NCBI GenBank assembly: GCA_965226375.1
Contig: CBDDCX010000008.1
Coordinates: forward strand, 1,152,001-1,216,000
Source: Longimicrobiales bacterium
GTDB lineage: Bacteria; Gemmatimonadota; Gemmatimonadetes; Longimicrobiales; Gaopeijiaceae
DNA: 64,000 nucleotides
Direction of reading: 5' to 3'
Shown: positions 8,900 to 18,404 of the stretch, piece after piece
How the letters are laid out: each line of letters opens with the position of its first letter
Numbering within the stretch: the first letter of the stretch is position 1
Program-made: the position numbers and the translations under genes
The notes under the pieces: model-generated
The model's database searches: none
The model's input: the letters and a program-made list of their open reading frames with translations, nothing else
Told to the model about the DNA's origin: nothing

Positions 8900-9715
8900 T
8901 TGCCTGAGAGGGATCTGGCGTTCAGCGAAGTCAGACGCCTGCTTCAGTCGGCCAAGAATATGCTCGTGCTCACGGGTGCCGGGGTAAGCGCGGAGTCGGG
9001 CGTTCCCACCTTCAGGGGACCCGACGGGCTCTGGAAAAAGCACCGGCCCGAGCAGCTCGCGACCGCCGAAGCGTTTCGGGCCGATCCGCGCCTCGTCTGG
9101 GAGTGGTACGGGTGGCGGAGACAACGTGTGGCTGCCTGCAGCCCGAACGCGGCCCACGAAGCGATGGCCCGCTTGACGGTTCGTGACCCCCGCGTCCGTA
9201 TCGTGACCCAAAACGTCGATGGTTTACACGAGCTCGCTCTCCAGGAGGTGCTCGCAGAAGGGACCGATTCGGACGGCTCGATGCCGGACGCGCGCCCTGC
9301 CATGTCACCTGCGGCACTTTCACTCGAGCTGCATGGTTCTCTCTACCGCGTGCGCTGCCTGGCGTGTCGATTTCACCAGGGCGATCGGAACCCGATCGAC
9401 GCCACCAGCGCGGGTTCTCTGCCTCACTGCCCCGAATGCGGCAGCCTCCTTCGGCCGGACGTGGTGTGGTTCGGCGAGTCACTCGACGAGAACACGTTGG
9501 AAGCTGCGGTCACCACAGCCCAGGGTGCCGAGGTCTGTCTGGTGGTGGGCACCAGTGCCGTGGTGCACCCCGCCGCCTCCCTTCCCCTCCTGACCCGGCA
9601 GAACGGGGGCGTCATCGTGGAGGTCAATCCCGAGCCGACCCCACTGTCTGCCGTGGCTCGCGTGAGCCTCCGGGCGCCGGCAACCGAAGTCATTCCTTTA
9701 CTCCTCGATCCATGA
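8900..9715 (+). CDS. cobB: NAD-dependent protein deacylase (sirtuin)
   Basis: TGAGVSAESGVPTFRG, TQNVDGLH, HGS, two CxxC, RPDVVWFGE, VGTS. Confidence 0.93.
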   Translation: MPERDLAFSEVRRLLQSAKNMLVLTGAGVSAESGVPTFRGPDGLWKKHRPEQLATAEAFRADPRLVWEWYGWRRQRVAACSPNAAHEAMARLTVRDPRVRIVTQNVDGLHELALQEVLAEGTDSDGSMPDARPAMSPAALSLELHGSLYRVRCLACRFHQGDRNPIDATSAGSLPHCPECGSLLRPDVVWFGESLDENTLEAAVTTAQGAEVCLVVGTSAVVHPAASLPLLTRQNGGVIVEVNPEPTPLSAVARVSLRAPATEVIPLLLDP

Positions 9716-9972
9716 GGGGACGGGAGGTGCGACGTGGCGGAGGCCAAGGCTGAACCGACACAGAGCCTGCCGAGCCGGGTGACATGACCGGCACGCCCGT
9801 GACGTACATAGAAGCGTACCTGTGCGGGAACCGGGACACTCGATCTGGGTCTTTTACTTCTGTACGCGACTTGTCCAATCCCCGAAGTGGAGCGTACTCT
9901 TGAATCATGTGCCATGGGCTGAGCTTGTGGCTTCCCAAGGATGGCACTCGGAATTGCCGGAGGCTCGTAGGC

Positions 9973-11871
9973 ATGCGTAGATCAGCTCTCCTTCTGTTCG
10001 TTCTGTCTCTCACACTTCTCGCTGCGTGCGGCGGTGGAGGGGGAGACAACATCCCGACGGCACCACCCGCGACACCACCGCCGCCGCCGCCGCCGCCGCC
10101 GCCAACCCCACCGCCACCTCCGCCCGTGGCGGAGGTACTCTGTCCGCCGGGTGGTGAACTCGGCTTAGCGGTGGGTGAGCAAGTGATCTTTCGGAATCAA
10201 TCCACGTATTGCTTCAATTTCGCTTCTTCCGGCTCCGTCACCGAATACCTCGTGGGAGTGCAGTCGGTGGGCGAGGCCGGGATCGCGATCAGAAACATCA
10301 CAGTCAGGGGTGAGCGTGTTACCACGACGGCCCTTCAGGCGTCGGTACAGGAAACCCCTCCCATCCGGCCCGATGTCGGTGGGGCCCCGCGCTTCTCTCC
10401 TGCGCTCTCGGGCAATCCCGGCTTCAAGCTCTTGCGGGATCATCGGAGCGCCCACAATGCAATGCTCGCCCGGATGATCGGACCCTTACGTGAACCCGGT
10501 GCTCGCCAGCCTCTAATCGACCGTGCAGCACAGGGGGCCCCGGCTCAAATGCTCGGCGTCGTCACGGGCAATGAAGAGATCGGTGATCAGGTCGAATTGC
10601 GAGTCCGGGACCTCAACTCCATCGACTGCGAGGCACCCGCGACCGAATTGGTCATGGCCGAGCTCAGGATCGTGAATGAGCAATCCATGTGGTTCGTCGA
10701 CATCGAGAATCCGACCGGCGGCTTCACGGACGAACAATTGCAGGAAATGGCCGACATCTTTGACGAACATATCTACGCAACGGAGACCGAGTACCTCGGT
10801 GTGAGCAACGACCTAGACGGCAATGCACGCATCGTGATCGTCGTGACGCAGCAACTAAACATCGGCAGCGGTGACCTGGGGTTGGTGCTCGGGTTCGTAA
10901 ACCCCTGTGATTTTTTCACCAGAGGAGAGGACGTCGGAGGTCAGACCATCCACTCCACCAACGAAGGGGAGTTCTTCTATGCGCTGGCGCCTGATCCCGA
11001 GGCGTCCGTCGGGGAGACGGTCGACACAGAGGCGTTGCTGGGCCTGCTCCCGTTGATCATATCCCATGAATTCGCTCACATCATCCAGAACAGCCACCGC
11101 TTCACTCAGGACGGGGCGTTGATGGCGGCGTTCATGGCCGAGGGTCAAGCGACGCTCGCCGAGGAGGTGGTGGGGCACTCCATACTCGGGAACGCTACTG
11201 GCCAGAACCTTAATGCGGCTGAAGCTCTCGACTACGATAACATCCCCTTTCCCTTCTGGTATGCGAACCCGTGGACGGATCTCGTCAACTACTTTGGCTG
11301 GCCCGGCGTACCGGACTTCAACGAAAATACCCCCCGAATTGAAGGAGCACCGCAGGAGTGTACCTGGACGGACGCCGGCGAAGATGATCCGTGTATAAGT
11401 CGCCCGCTATGGTACGGTGTCACATGGTCATTGCTCCGCTGGGCAGCGGACCAATTTGGCGAGGACTTCGGGGGCGAGCCCGCACTACATCAGGCTATCA
11501 TCCGCAACAACATCGCCGGATTCGACAACCTCCGAGAAGTTTTGGCCCCATATGGCCTCCTGGAGGATCTTCTGGCCCAATGGGCAGCCGCATTCTACAT
11601 GGACGATCGTCCGGGACAGTCGGACCCGAGACATAGCGTATCGAGCTGGGACTATTTCAGCGCCGATACCCGCTTGTTTGAGCAAGCCTGGCTCGAACCT
11701 ATTACGAAGTCCTACAGCGACTTCACGGAGAACGTGAGAGTCCGGGATCCATCCACTGCCTTCTTCCTGGTCGGGGGGGGGATCGCCCCCCAATATTCAA
11801 TCAAGGTGGAAGGAGCCGGCGGCGGCAGCCTGGGGTCGGACATTCAGGTATGGATCGTGCGAACGAAGTAG
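9973..11871 (+). CDS. Secreted lipoprotein with poly-Pro linker and HEXXH zinc-metallopeptidase motif
   Basis: Lipobox LAAC, Pro tract, ISHEFAHIIQ and downstream EG motif. Confidence 0.75.
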   Translation: MRRSALLLFVLSLTLLAACGGGGGDNIPTAPPATPPPPPPPPPPTPPPPPPVAEVLCPPGGELGLAVGEQVIFRNQSTYCFNFASSGSVTEYLVGVQSVGEAGIAIRNITVRGERVTTTALQASVQETPPIRPDVGGAPRFSPALSGNPGFKLLRDHRSAHNAMLARMIGPLREPGARQPLIDRAAQGAPAQMLGVVTGNEEIGDQVELRVRDLNSIDCEAPATELVMAELRIVNEQSMWFVDIENPTGGFTDEQLQEMADIFDEHIYATETEYLGVSNDLDGNARIVIVVTQQLNIGSGDLGLVLGFVNPCDFFTRGEDVGGQTIHSTNEGEFFYALAPDPEASVGETVDTEALLGLLPLIISHEFAHIIQNSHRFTQDGALMAAFMAEGQATLAEEVVGHSILGNATGQNLNAAEALDYDNIPFPFWYANPWTDLVNYFGWPGVPDFNENTPRIEGAPQECTWTDAGEDDPCISRPLWYGVTWSLLRWAADQFGEDFGGEPALHQAIIRNNIAGFDNLREVLAPYGLLEDLLAQWAAAFYMDDRPGQSDPRHSVSSWDYFSADTRLFEQAWLEPITKSYSDFTENVRVRDPSTAFFLVGGGIAPQYSIKVEGAGGGSLGSDIQVWIVRTK

Positions 11872-11892
11872 CGTGCGCGGAGGCGCCGAGGG

Positions 11893-12864
11893 TCAGCCGC
11901 GAGCTTCGGTCGCCTCGCGTATGCACTCCGCTGAAACGTTCCCGCCGCTGACCACGACGGCTACGGGGGCTCCTGCGTGCTGAGGAGTCCACGCGCCGGT
12001 GAGCGCGGCTGCGAGTGTCACGGCTCCTCCGCCCTCTACGACCAGGTGTAATTCGCGCGCGGCGTAGCCCATGGCCTGGGCGATGGCCTCTTCCGGTACC
12101 GTCACGTGATGATCGACGTAATCCCGGACGATGGCGAAGCTGTATCGATTCTCGAGTCCGATCCCGCCGGATAGGGCGCTTGCCAGAGTCGTCTCTTCTT
12201 CCATCTCGATGGGATGGCCCGCCTCGAGGCTTCTCAGCATCACGGCCGCCTGTTCCGCGGACACGGCGGTGATGACGACGTCGGGACGGGCCTGCTTGAT
12301 CGCGTAAGCGATGCCACCTGCCAGGCCACCCCCCGACAGAGCCACGAGCACCTCCGACACGTCGGGAAGCTCTTCGAGGATCTCCCACCCCACGGTCCCC
12401 TGTCCCGCGATCACCCAGGGATCGTCGAAGGGATGCACAAAGGTGAGTCCCCGCTCACTCTCGAGTTCCCAGGCCCTCGCGTCGGCTTCGTCGTAGGTCT
12501 CGCCCGCGAGCAGGACTTCCGCGCCCGCAGCCTCCATGGCACGGTGCTTTACCGGATCCACCCAGTCCGGAACACAGATGGTGGCCGGAATGGCCATCAC
12601 GCCCGCCACGTGGGCCACCGCTCGGCCGTGATTTCCGCTGGAGCACGTGACCACACCCTTGGTCCGTTCCTCTTCGGTCAGCGCCATCATGCGATTCGCG
12701 GCCCCGCGGATCTTGAACGAGCCCGTGACTTGAAGGCTCTCCAGCTTCAGGTATATGTCCGATCCCACACGTTCCGACAGATCCGAACCCCACAGAAGAG
12801 GGGTCCGAACCACGAAGCCGCGCACTGCATTGCTGGCAGCGTTCAGGTCCAGTTCCTTATTCAT
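11893..12864 (-). CDS. PLP-dependent threonine/serine dehydratase
   Basis: KLESLQVTGSFKIRGA, SSGNHG, HPFDD, SGGGL, SGGN. Confidence 0.92.
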   Translation of the reverse strand: MNKELDLNAASNAVRGFVVRTPLLWGSDLSERVGSDIYLKLESLQVTGSFKIRGAANRMMALTEEERTKGVVTCSSGNHGRAVAHVAGVMAIPATICVPDWVDPVKHRAMEAAGAEVLLAGETYDEADARAWELESERGLTFVHPFDDPWVIAGQGTVGWEILEELPDVSEVLVALSGGGLAGGIAYAIKQARPDVVITAVSAEQAAVMLRSLEAGHPIEMEEETTLASALSGGIGLENRYSFAIVRDYVDHHVTVPEEAIAQAMGYAARELHLVVEGGGAVTLAAALTGAWTPQHAGAPVAVVVSGGNVSAECIREATEARG

Positions 12865-12868
12865 GGGG

Positions 12869-13546
12869 CTAGTGTAGCGTCACAGGTCGGCGCCCGAAGT
12901 TCGCCCCGCCCGCTCCCTGGTATAGGTAGCGAATCGTGACACAGCCGGCGGTCGCCCCCGGGCAGTAGTAGCTCAGAATCTCGAATATTCCGTGGTGCCC
13001 GTCCGCCGTCCGGACCGCGAACACCTTGGGCTTGGGCTTTAGAATGTGGCTCGTCCAACTGTAGGTGTACCACCGGGCGACGGCCGGGTTGGCCGTTTCC
13101 GCATTCGCCTCATTGGTCGCGTAGCCGTCCGTAGGCACTCGGGTAACGGAATCCAGAGAGATCTCGCCGAGGTCCAGGATACCGCCCTGCCCGCTCAGGC
13201 CCGGACCCCCGTTGGCCAAGATGGTGAATCGTCGAAACGCCAGATCCCATCCGAGAGGATCTGGATCCCCCTCGACCACGGAGCCCGTAGAGAAGTCGAA
13301 GTAGGTGAGTTCATTACGCCTGCCGTCCACCGTGTAGACGACCGGCCCGATAAGACTGTCTCCGACCTCTTCCGGAGCGACGGCCGAGACCGTGTACCAT
13401 TCGAGGTCGGGGCTCTGAAGGCTCTCCATCACGAACCAGACGGCGGCAATGAGCAGTCCACAGACGACGACCAGAGCCACCCACGGTATCCCGGGCAGCT
13501 TGCGTGGTGTTTCGTCCTGTGATGATAGGGGCGTCTGGACTGACAT
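12869..13546 (-). CDS. HmuY-family heme-binding protein
   Basis: YFDFSTG, WDLAFRR, WYTY, VRTADG and EILSYY pattern. Confidence 0.8.
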   Translation of the reverse strand: MSVQTPLSSQDETPRKLPGIPWVALVVVCGLLIAAVWFVMESLQSPDLEWYTVSAVAPEEVGDSLIGPVVYTVDGRRNELTYFDFSTGSVVEGDPDPLGWDLAFRRFTILANGGPGLSGQGGILDLGEISLDSVTRVPTDGYATNEANAETANPAVARWYTYSWTSHILKPKPKVFAVRTADGHHGIFEILSYYCPGATAGCVTIRYLYQGAGGANFGRRPVTLH

Positions 13547-13706
13547 GGCTCATTCGAAGAAGTGGGCCTCAAGTCTATGCGAAGCCACCCAGTCCCTTCA
13601 AGGCGTCTCGGTTGAGCAAAAACATGTTGCCCGTTCTGTTGACCGTTAGCATGTTTGATATAGCATTGACATTCGCCCCCCAAAGCCGGAGTATTTACAA
13701 CGTAAC

Positions 13707-14219
13707 ATGTTGCATCCTCGCATAAAGCAGTGGGAAGACGCTGCCACACTCCCGGTAGTTGATGTCCCATTCGTATGGCGTGGTCGCAGACCGCCTCACT
13801 CCGACCCATCCCCAGAGACCACAAGGGACGACCTCAAACGCTCGCAGCGTGATCGTCTCCGCAAACGGACCGCCGCCGTCCATGGCCTTCGCTTATCCCT
13901 GCTCCTCGGCCTGCTGGTCGGCTGGGTCTATGCGGAGGTGAACGCGCTCGGCTCCGGCACGGCTCTCGGGCCCACCCTCAAGCAGAAAATCCGAAAATCG
14001 CTCGGCACCCGTGGGGCCCCACCTGGACAGGACAACGCACTGAGCATGAAGGTGTGTGATCCTCAGCTCATGGCCATCCTTCCCACCCTCAGCGCTCAGA
14101 TCGCCAAATCACCTGAGTTCGTCGAGGTCGCCAAGCTGTTCAAAGGGGGCAAGGACGACGTGAGCACCATGTCGCTGCTCAAGACGCTGATGTCGAGTGG
14201 GGCGAAGCGAGGGCCCTGA
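13707..14219 (+). CDS. Hypothetical single-TM protein
   Basis: 170-aa ORF filling the intergenic space, one hydrophobic segment; family not recognised. Confidence 0.5.
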   Translation: MLHPRIKQWEDAATLPVVDVPFVWRGRRPPHSDPSPETTRDDLKRSQRDRLRKRTAAVHGLRLSLLLGLLVGWVYAEVNALGSGTALGPTLKQKIRKSLGTRGAPPGQDNALSMKVCDPQLMAILPTLSAQIAKSPEFVEVAKLFKGGKDDVSTMSLLKTLMSSGAKRGP

Positions 14220-14222
14220 CCT

Positions 14223-14987
14223 TCAGGCTCTAGCTCTACCCGGAACATCGCCTAGCAGGGCCACGATGTCCTCCACCGCTTTCAGTTCGGGACGATCCTG
14301 AAATAGGCACGCCAGGACACCCGTAGTGTTGGCCGCCGCGAAGCTCACTCCCTTCAGGTTTCGCTCCGGGGAGACGCCGGGGATGGGTCGAGGGAAGCCC
14401 GAGGCGACGAAGACGGGTTCGTGCCCCTCGAGGCAAATCACTCCCAGTTGATCTCTCGGGCACTCCCAGTCCAGGACGACTCCTCCGGCGCCCTCCAGGC
14501 TGCCCGGTAACCAAGCCCGTCCCTCGTGCGCCTTGGGCGACACGATGAGCGCGCCTGCACTCCGAACTCGATCCACAGCCGCCCACAGGGTCAGCTCGTG
14601 CTCAGGCCGGGCCGTGCCCAGGCTCAAATTGATGAGGCGAGCGCCCCGTGTGATCGCCTCGTCGATGGCCTGCACCAAGACGCCGGTGGAAGTCGACAGC
14701 GTACGTCCGAAGACCTTGATCACGTAGATGTCCGCCTCGGGAGCCTTCTCCTTGATCGCCGCCGTCACCGCCGTACCGTGCCCGAGTCGATCCACGTAGT
14801 CGTCATGGCGGCTCCCGTCTTCTTCGATCGCGATCCCGCCGATCACCCCCTCCACGTGCGGATGGTCGGCGTGCACTCCGCTGTCGATCACCGCGACGAG
14901 GACGCCTCGGCCGGTACGCCCCTGCAAACCAGGATGTTCCGGCGAAATCCACGTACCGGCCCCGGTACGTGCGGAGGAGTCGCTCAC
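14223..14987 (-). CDS. qhpE: Subtilisin-like S8 protease for QhpC leader processing
   Basis: VAVIDSG, GHGT and G.SFAA triad motifs; last gene of the qhp cluster; GTG start at 14987 inferred. Confidence 0.85.
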   Translation of the reverse strand: MSDSSARTGAGTWISPEHPGLQGRTGRGVLVAVIDSGVHADHPHVEGVIGGIAIEEDGSRHDDYVDRLGHGTAVTAAIKEKAPEADIYVIKVFGRTLSTSTGVLVQAIDEAITRGARLINLSLGTARPEHELTLWAAVDRVRSAGALIVSPKAHEGRAWLPGSLEGAGGVVLDWECPRDQLGVICLEGHEPVFVASGFPRPIPGVSPERNLKGVSFAAANTTGVLACLFQDRPELKAVEDIVALLGDVPGRARA

Positions 14988-15003
14988 GCCCGAATTCCGC
15001 CGA

Positions 15004-16746
15004 TCACAAGGCACTCCCCTGTGTATCGTCTCCAAAAAGGGCCCTGAACGGCCCCTCCCGGTCTGCCAACGTCTGTGGCGTGCCCTCGGCAACTATCCTC
15101 GCGCCGTCGATCACGAGCACACGGTCGGCTCGTCGAGCCAGCTCCAGCCGGTGCGTGATCAGCACGGTCGTACGATGCCGCATGACCGCCTCATATCCCT
15201 GGATGACCTGCGCCTGCGCCACCGGATCGAGAGCGGCCGTCGCTTCGTCCAGGACCAGCACCGCGGGATCGGCCACGAGCGCCCGGGCCACGGCGATGCG
15301 CTGACGCTCCCCGGCCGAGATGGCCAACCCACGGTCCCCGACCGTCGTCTCGAGCCTCTCCGGAAGCCGGGCGATGAACTCCGACAATCCGGCAGCGTCC
15401 GCGGCAGCGGCGATGTCGTCACTCGATGCGTCAGGCCGTGCGTACCCGATGTTTTCTGCGATCGAAGTGTTGAACACGAAGGGCTGCTGATCCACCGTGA
15501 CCACGCACCCTCGGATGTCAGCGAGTGACAGGTCCCGGAGGTCGTGCCCATCCAGCAGGATCCGACCCGAATCCGGGTCGAGGTGACGAGCCAAAAGGTC
15601 CGAAACGGTGGACTTGCCACCTCCACTCGGTCCCACGATCGCGAGAATCTCACCCTGGCCGACCTGAAAGGAGATGTCCTCCAAGACCGGACCGCCTCGG
15701 TCGAAGGAAAAGGTCACTCCCTCGAACACCACATCGCCCTTGACCTGGTCCAGTGCGACCGGTGCTTCCGACTCCACGACCTCGGGCTCTACGTCGAGTA
15801 TCTCGTGCACGCGACGCAGAGACACCTTGGCCGTGGCGAAGTTGGTCCACAGCCCCATGAGGCCTTGCACGGGGGAGAGCAGCCTCATCTGGTAGGCCAT
15901 GAACGCCACGAACGTGCCCAGGGAGATCGCCCCTCCGATCACCCGTGATCCTCCGTAGAGGAAGACGACCGCCGTGCCGGCGGAAAGGATGAGGCCGGGC
16001 AGTCCACCCGCCAGGTAGGTCAACCAGCGCATGGCCATGAGGGAGTCCACGAACGAGTCGTTCTTTCCGCTGAAGCGGGACACCTCGCGGCCCTGCGCGT
16101 TCGAGGCCACCACCAGCTTCATTCCCTGAAGCGTCTCGATGAGAAACGTGCCGATGTCAGCGCTTCTCTGCCGAAGATCGGCCACCTTGACCTCGAGCTT
16201 GCGGCGAAAGCGTACCAGGGCCCACAGGCTGGGCGGCATCATGATCAGGCTCACCAAGAACAGCCGCGCGTCGAGCCAGATCAACATGGCCACCGTGCCG
16301 ACCAGGAAGATCACGTTCCCCAACCAGGCGAGCGCCGTCTCCGCTGCCACTCGTTGGATCTCGCTGATGTCGCTGTTGATCCGTGATACGATCTCGCCGA
16401 GAGTGGTCCCGGCGTAGAAACGCGGAGATAACCTCTGAAGGTGCCGGTAGAGCTCGAGCCGCATGTCGAACAGGATGTCGGCCGAGACCCGGGTATAACG
16501 CAGACCGCTGGCCACGTTCATGACGAAGGAAACGACGGTGATGCCGACGAAAAGTCCGGTGATCCGCACCAGAGCGCTCATATCCCGTCCCAGCAACGCG
16601 GAATCGACGAGCAGCTTCGACAAGTATGGGATGAACAGCGAGAGGACGGTCCCCGTGAGACTCAGCACCAACACGAGGACGAGGCGTCGCCAGTAGGGAG
16701 CGACGTACGAAAGGACGCGCCTCAGGTCGGAACGATCCTGTTCCAT
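15004..16746 (-). CDS. qhpF: ABC exporter (TM + NBD) of the qhp cluster
   Basis: Walker A GPSGGGKST, signature ISAGERQR, Walker B LVLDE; operon context. Confidence 0.85.
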   Translation of the reverse strand: MEQDRSDLRRVLSYVAPYWRRLVLVLVLSLTGTVLSLFIPYLSKLLVDSALLGRDMSALVRITGLFVGITVVSFVMNVASGLRYTRVSADILFDMRLELYRHLQRLSPRFYAGTTLGEIVSRINSDISEIQRVAAETALAWLGNVIFLVGTVAMLIWLDARLFLVSLIMMPPSLWALVRFRRKLEVKVADLRQRSADIGTFLIETLQGMKLVVASNAQGREVSRFSGKNDSFVDSLMAMRWLTYLAGGLPGLILSAGTAVVFLYGGSRVIGGAISLGTFVAFMAYQMRLLSPVQGLMGLWTNFATAKVSLRRVHEILDVEPEVVESEAPVALDQVKGDVVFEGVTFSFDRGGPVLEDISFQVGQGEILAIVGPSGGGKSTVSDLLARHLDPDSGRILLDGHDLRDLSLADIRGCVVTVDQQPFVFNTSIAENIGYARPDASSDDIAAAADAAGLSEFIARLPERLETTVGDRGLAISAGERQRIAVARALVADPAVLVLDEATAALDPVAQAQVIQGYEAVMRHRTTVLITHRLELARRADRVLVIDGARIVAEGTPQTLADREGPFRALFGDDTQGSAL

Positions 16747-16750
16747 CTTG

Positions 16751-16794
16751 GGGTCCCGGATCAGAACCTCCTTCGGGTCCCCGATCAGAACCTC
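16751..16794. repeat. Imperfect 20-bp direct repeat at 24-bp period between qhpB and qhpF
   Basis: gggtcccggatcagaacctc (16751) and gggtccccgatcagaacctc (16775). Confidence 0.8.
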
Positions 16795-16824
16795 GTCGGC
16801 TGAAGGCTGCCCGAGGAGGCCCTG

Positions 16825-17958
16825 CTACTGACCGTCGGTCCCGGGAAGGAAGACGAAGCCCCTCATGTCTCCACCGACATCCACGGTCTTCAACAGCTCG
16901 TAGGTCTCGGAGTCGTAGACGTCAATCGTGTTCCCCGCCACATGGATGTACAGGTACTTGCCGTTCGAGCTCACCGCGAGGCCCATGCGGGAACGCCCGG
17001 CGAACGGCTCTCTGTGCGTCACCCTGCCCTCTTCGAGATCGATGGCCCAGAACTCGTAGTGGCCGACTTCATTATAGAGGGCCCACGCCTTCTTGCCTCC
17101 CGGAGCCATCGCGAATCGATTGACGGGCTGGTTCGGCCCCAGGGTGTAGAAATCCATCTCCCGCTCTGCCAAGTTGACCCGAGCGATGCCCATCATCCGT
17201 CGATTATTGATGGGGTCCGTCATCCGCACCAGCCCCGTGAAGAACCCCGGCTCCTCGTAGTAACTGGATCCGAAGCTTGGCCTCACCATGCCCCGTCCCG
17301 GCTCGGCTTCCTCGGAAATCGCCCAGCGGTCCACCTCGGTGAAGTTCTCCGTCTCGAGCACGATCATGTCCTCGGCCATGAAGTAGGCGAGGCTTCCGTC
17401 CGGGGAGAACCTGAAGGTCGCCCGAGTGCGCTCGTAATCGCCGGGCCAGGGAATGGTGTCCATCACCTCGTGATTCTTCAGGTCGTACCGGATGATGACA
17501 TTCGAATGTATTTCGTATCGATCTGCCTGTCTGATCCGGCTCGACCCGATGATCAGGGCATAGGTCTCTTGGGGGTTTACAGCAAAGCCCCCACGGATTC
17601 GGAAGCGCCGGTTCCCGTCATTCAACGTGAACTGGTCGATGGACTTCCGGGTGGCCAGATCGATGACCTCTACATGCTCGTATGTGGCATCTGTTACGTA
17701 GATGCGTTCACGATTGTCAGACACGACCAGCCGGCCGACAATACCGTTTTGTGTGGGGATCGTATCGATCAGCGAGAGCGTCTCCTCATCGACCACGTGG
17801 ATCCGGTCGGCGTAGGTGCCGGTGTAGAAGATGCCACTCCCACCCGAGATGTTCTCACTCGTCTGGCCTATCAGAGGAGCCGACGCTGGCCCTACCATCG
17901 CGAGGAGAAGAACGGCGAGGCAGCCCACCACGTTCGTAATGTCAGACCATCTGATCAT
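16825..17958 (-). CDS. qhpB: Quinohemoprotein amine dehydrogenase beta subunit (beta-propeller)
   Basis: Signal peptide, YVTN-like repeats, C-terminal VGGDM; directly after qhpC. Confidence 0.85.
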   Translation of the reverse strand: MIRWSDITNVVGCLAVLLLAMVGPASAPLIGQTSENISGGSGIFYTGTYADRIHVVDEETLSLIDTIPTQNGIVGRLVVSDNRERIYVTDATYEHVEVIDLATRKSIDQFTLNDGNRRFRIRGGFAVNPQETYALIIGSSRIRQADRYEIHSNVIIRYDLKNHEVMDTIPWPGDYERTRATFRFSPDGSLAYFMAEDMIVLETENFTEVDRWAISEEAEPGRGMVRPSFGSSYYEEPGFFTGLVRMTDPINNRRMMGIARVNLAEREMDFYTLGPNQPVNRFAMAPGGKKAWALYNEVGHYEFWAIDLEEGRVTHREPFAGRSRMGLAVSSNGKYLYIHVAGNTIDVYDSETYELLKTVDVGGDMRGFVFLPGTDGQ

Positions 17959-18034
17959 GCTTGATTCCTCTTCGTTCGATGCAGCCCACGACCCTACCCG
18001 CTGATACTGAATTTTACCCGTTGCCGCTCGTGTC

Positions 18035-18394
18035 CTACGGGAAGATCAGGTCGAGCTTACGCCAATCCTGCTGCGCAGTAGCACACTTGGACGTCCAATC
18101 CGGCGCGTGATTGAGGTGGTCCGGCACCTGGACCGGCCAGAAGCAGCCGTTGTAGCAGTCGAATAGATCACGCTCGACCGGCTGACAGAGTCCGGCGGTA
18201 CCACCGCTCGAATCCACCTCCCAACCCGGAGCGAAGACGAGCGAGCACCCCAGCGGAATGTGCGGCCCGGGCTGTCCGCTCTCGAGGGCGACCACGTCGT
18301 GATCGCCATTGGCGCTTGAAGCCGCTTCACGCTCCTGGTGCGCGTGGTGCTCGATGCGAACCGCCTTCTGGTTGATAGCCCTGATGTGCTTCAT
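18035..18394 (-). CDS. qhpC: Quinohemoprotein amine dehydrogenase gamma subunit precursor (CTQ peptide)
   Basis: MKHI leader; GC...PGWEVD, LCQPVERD, C-x3-C-x-W-P-x-QVPD and DWRKL match QhpC. Confidence 0.97.
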   Translation of the reverse strand: MKHIRAINQKAVRIEHHAHQEREAASSANGDHDVVALESGQPGPHIPLGCSLVFAPGWEVDSSGGTAGLCQPVERDLFDCYNGCFWPVQVPDHLNHAPDWTSKCATAQQDWRKLDLIFP

Positions 18395-18404
18395 TCTCTC
18401 CCCC

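Noticed and set aside
9942..9957. Sigma-54-like TGGCAC..TTGC upstream of the lipoprotein gene
   Set aside because: GG to GC spacing is 11 nt rather than the required 10
10069..10125. CCG trinucleotide run as a contingency locus
   Set aside because: In-frame poly-Pro linker, ordinary for lipoproteins
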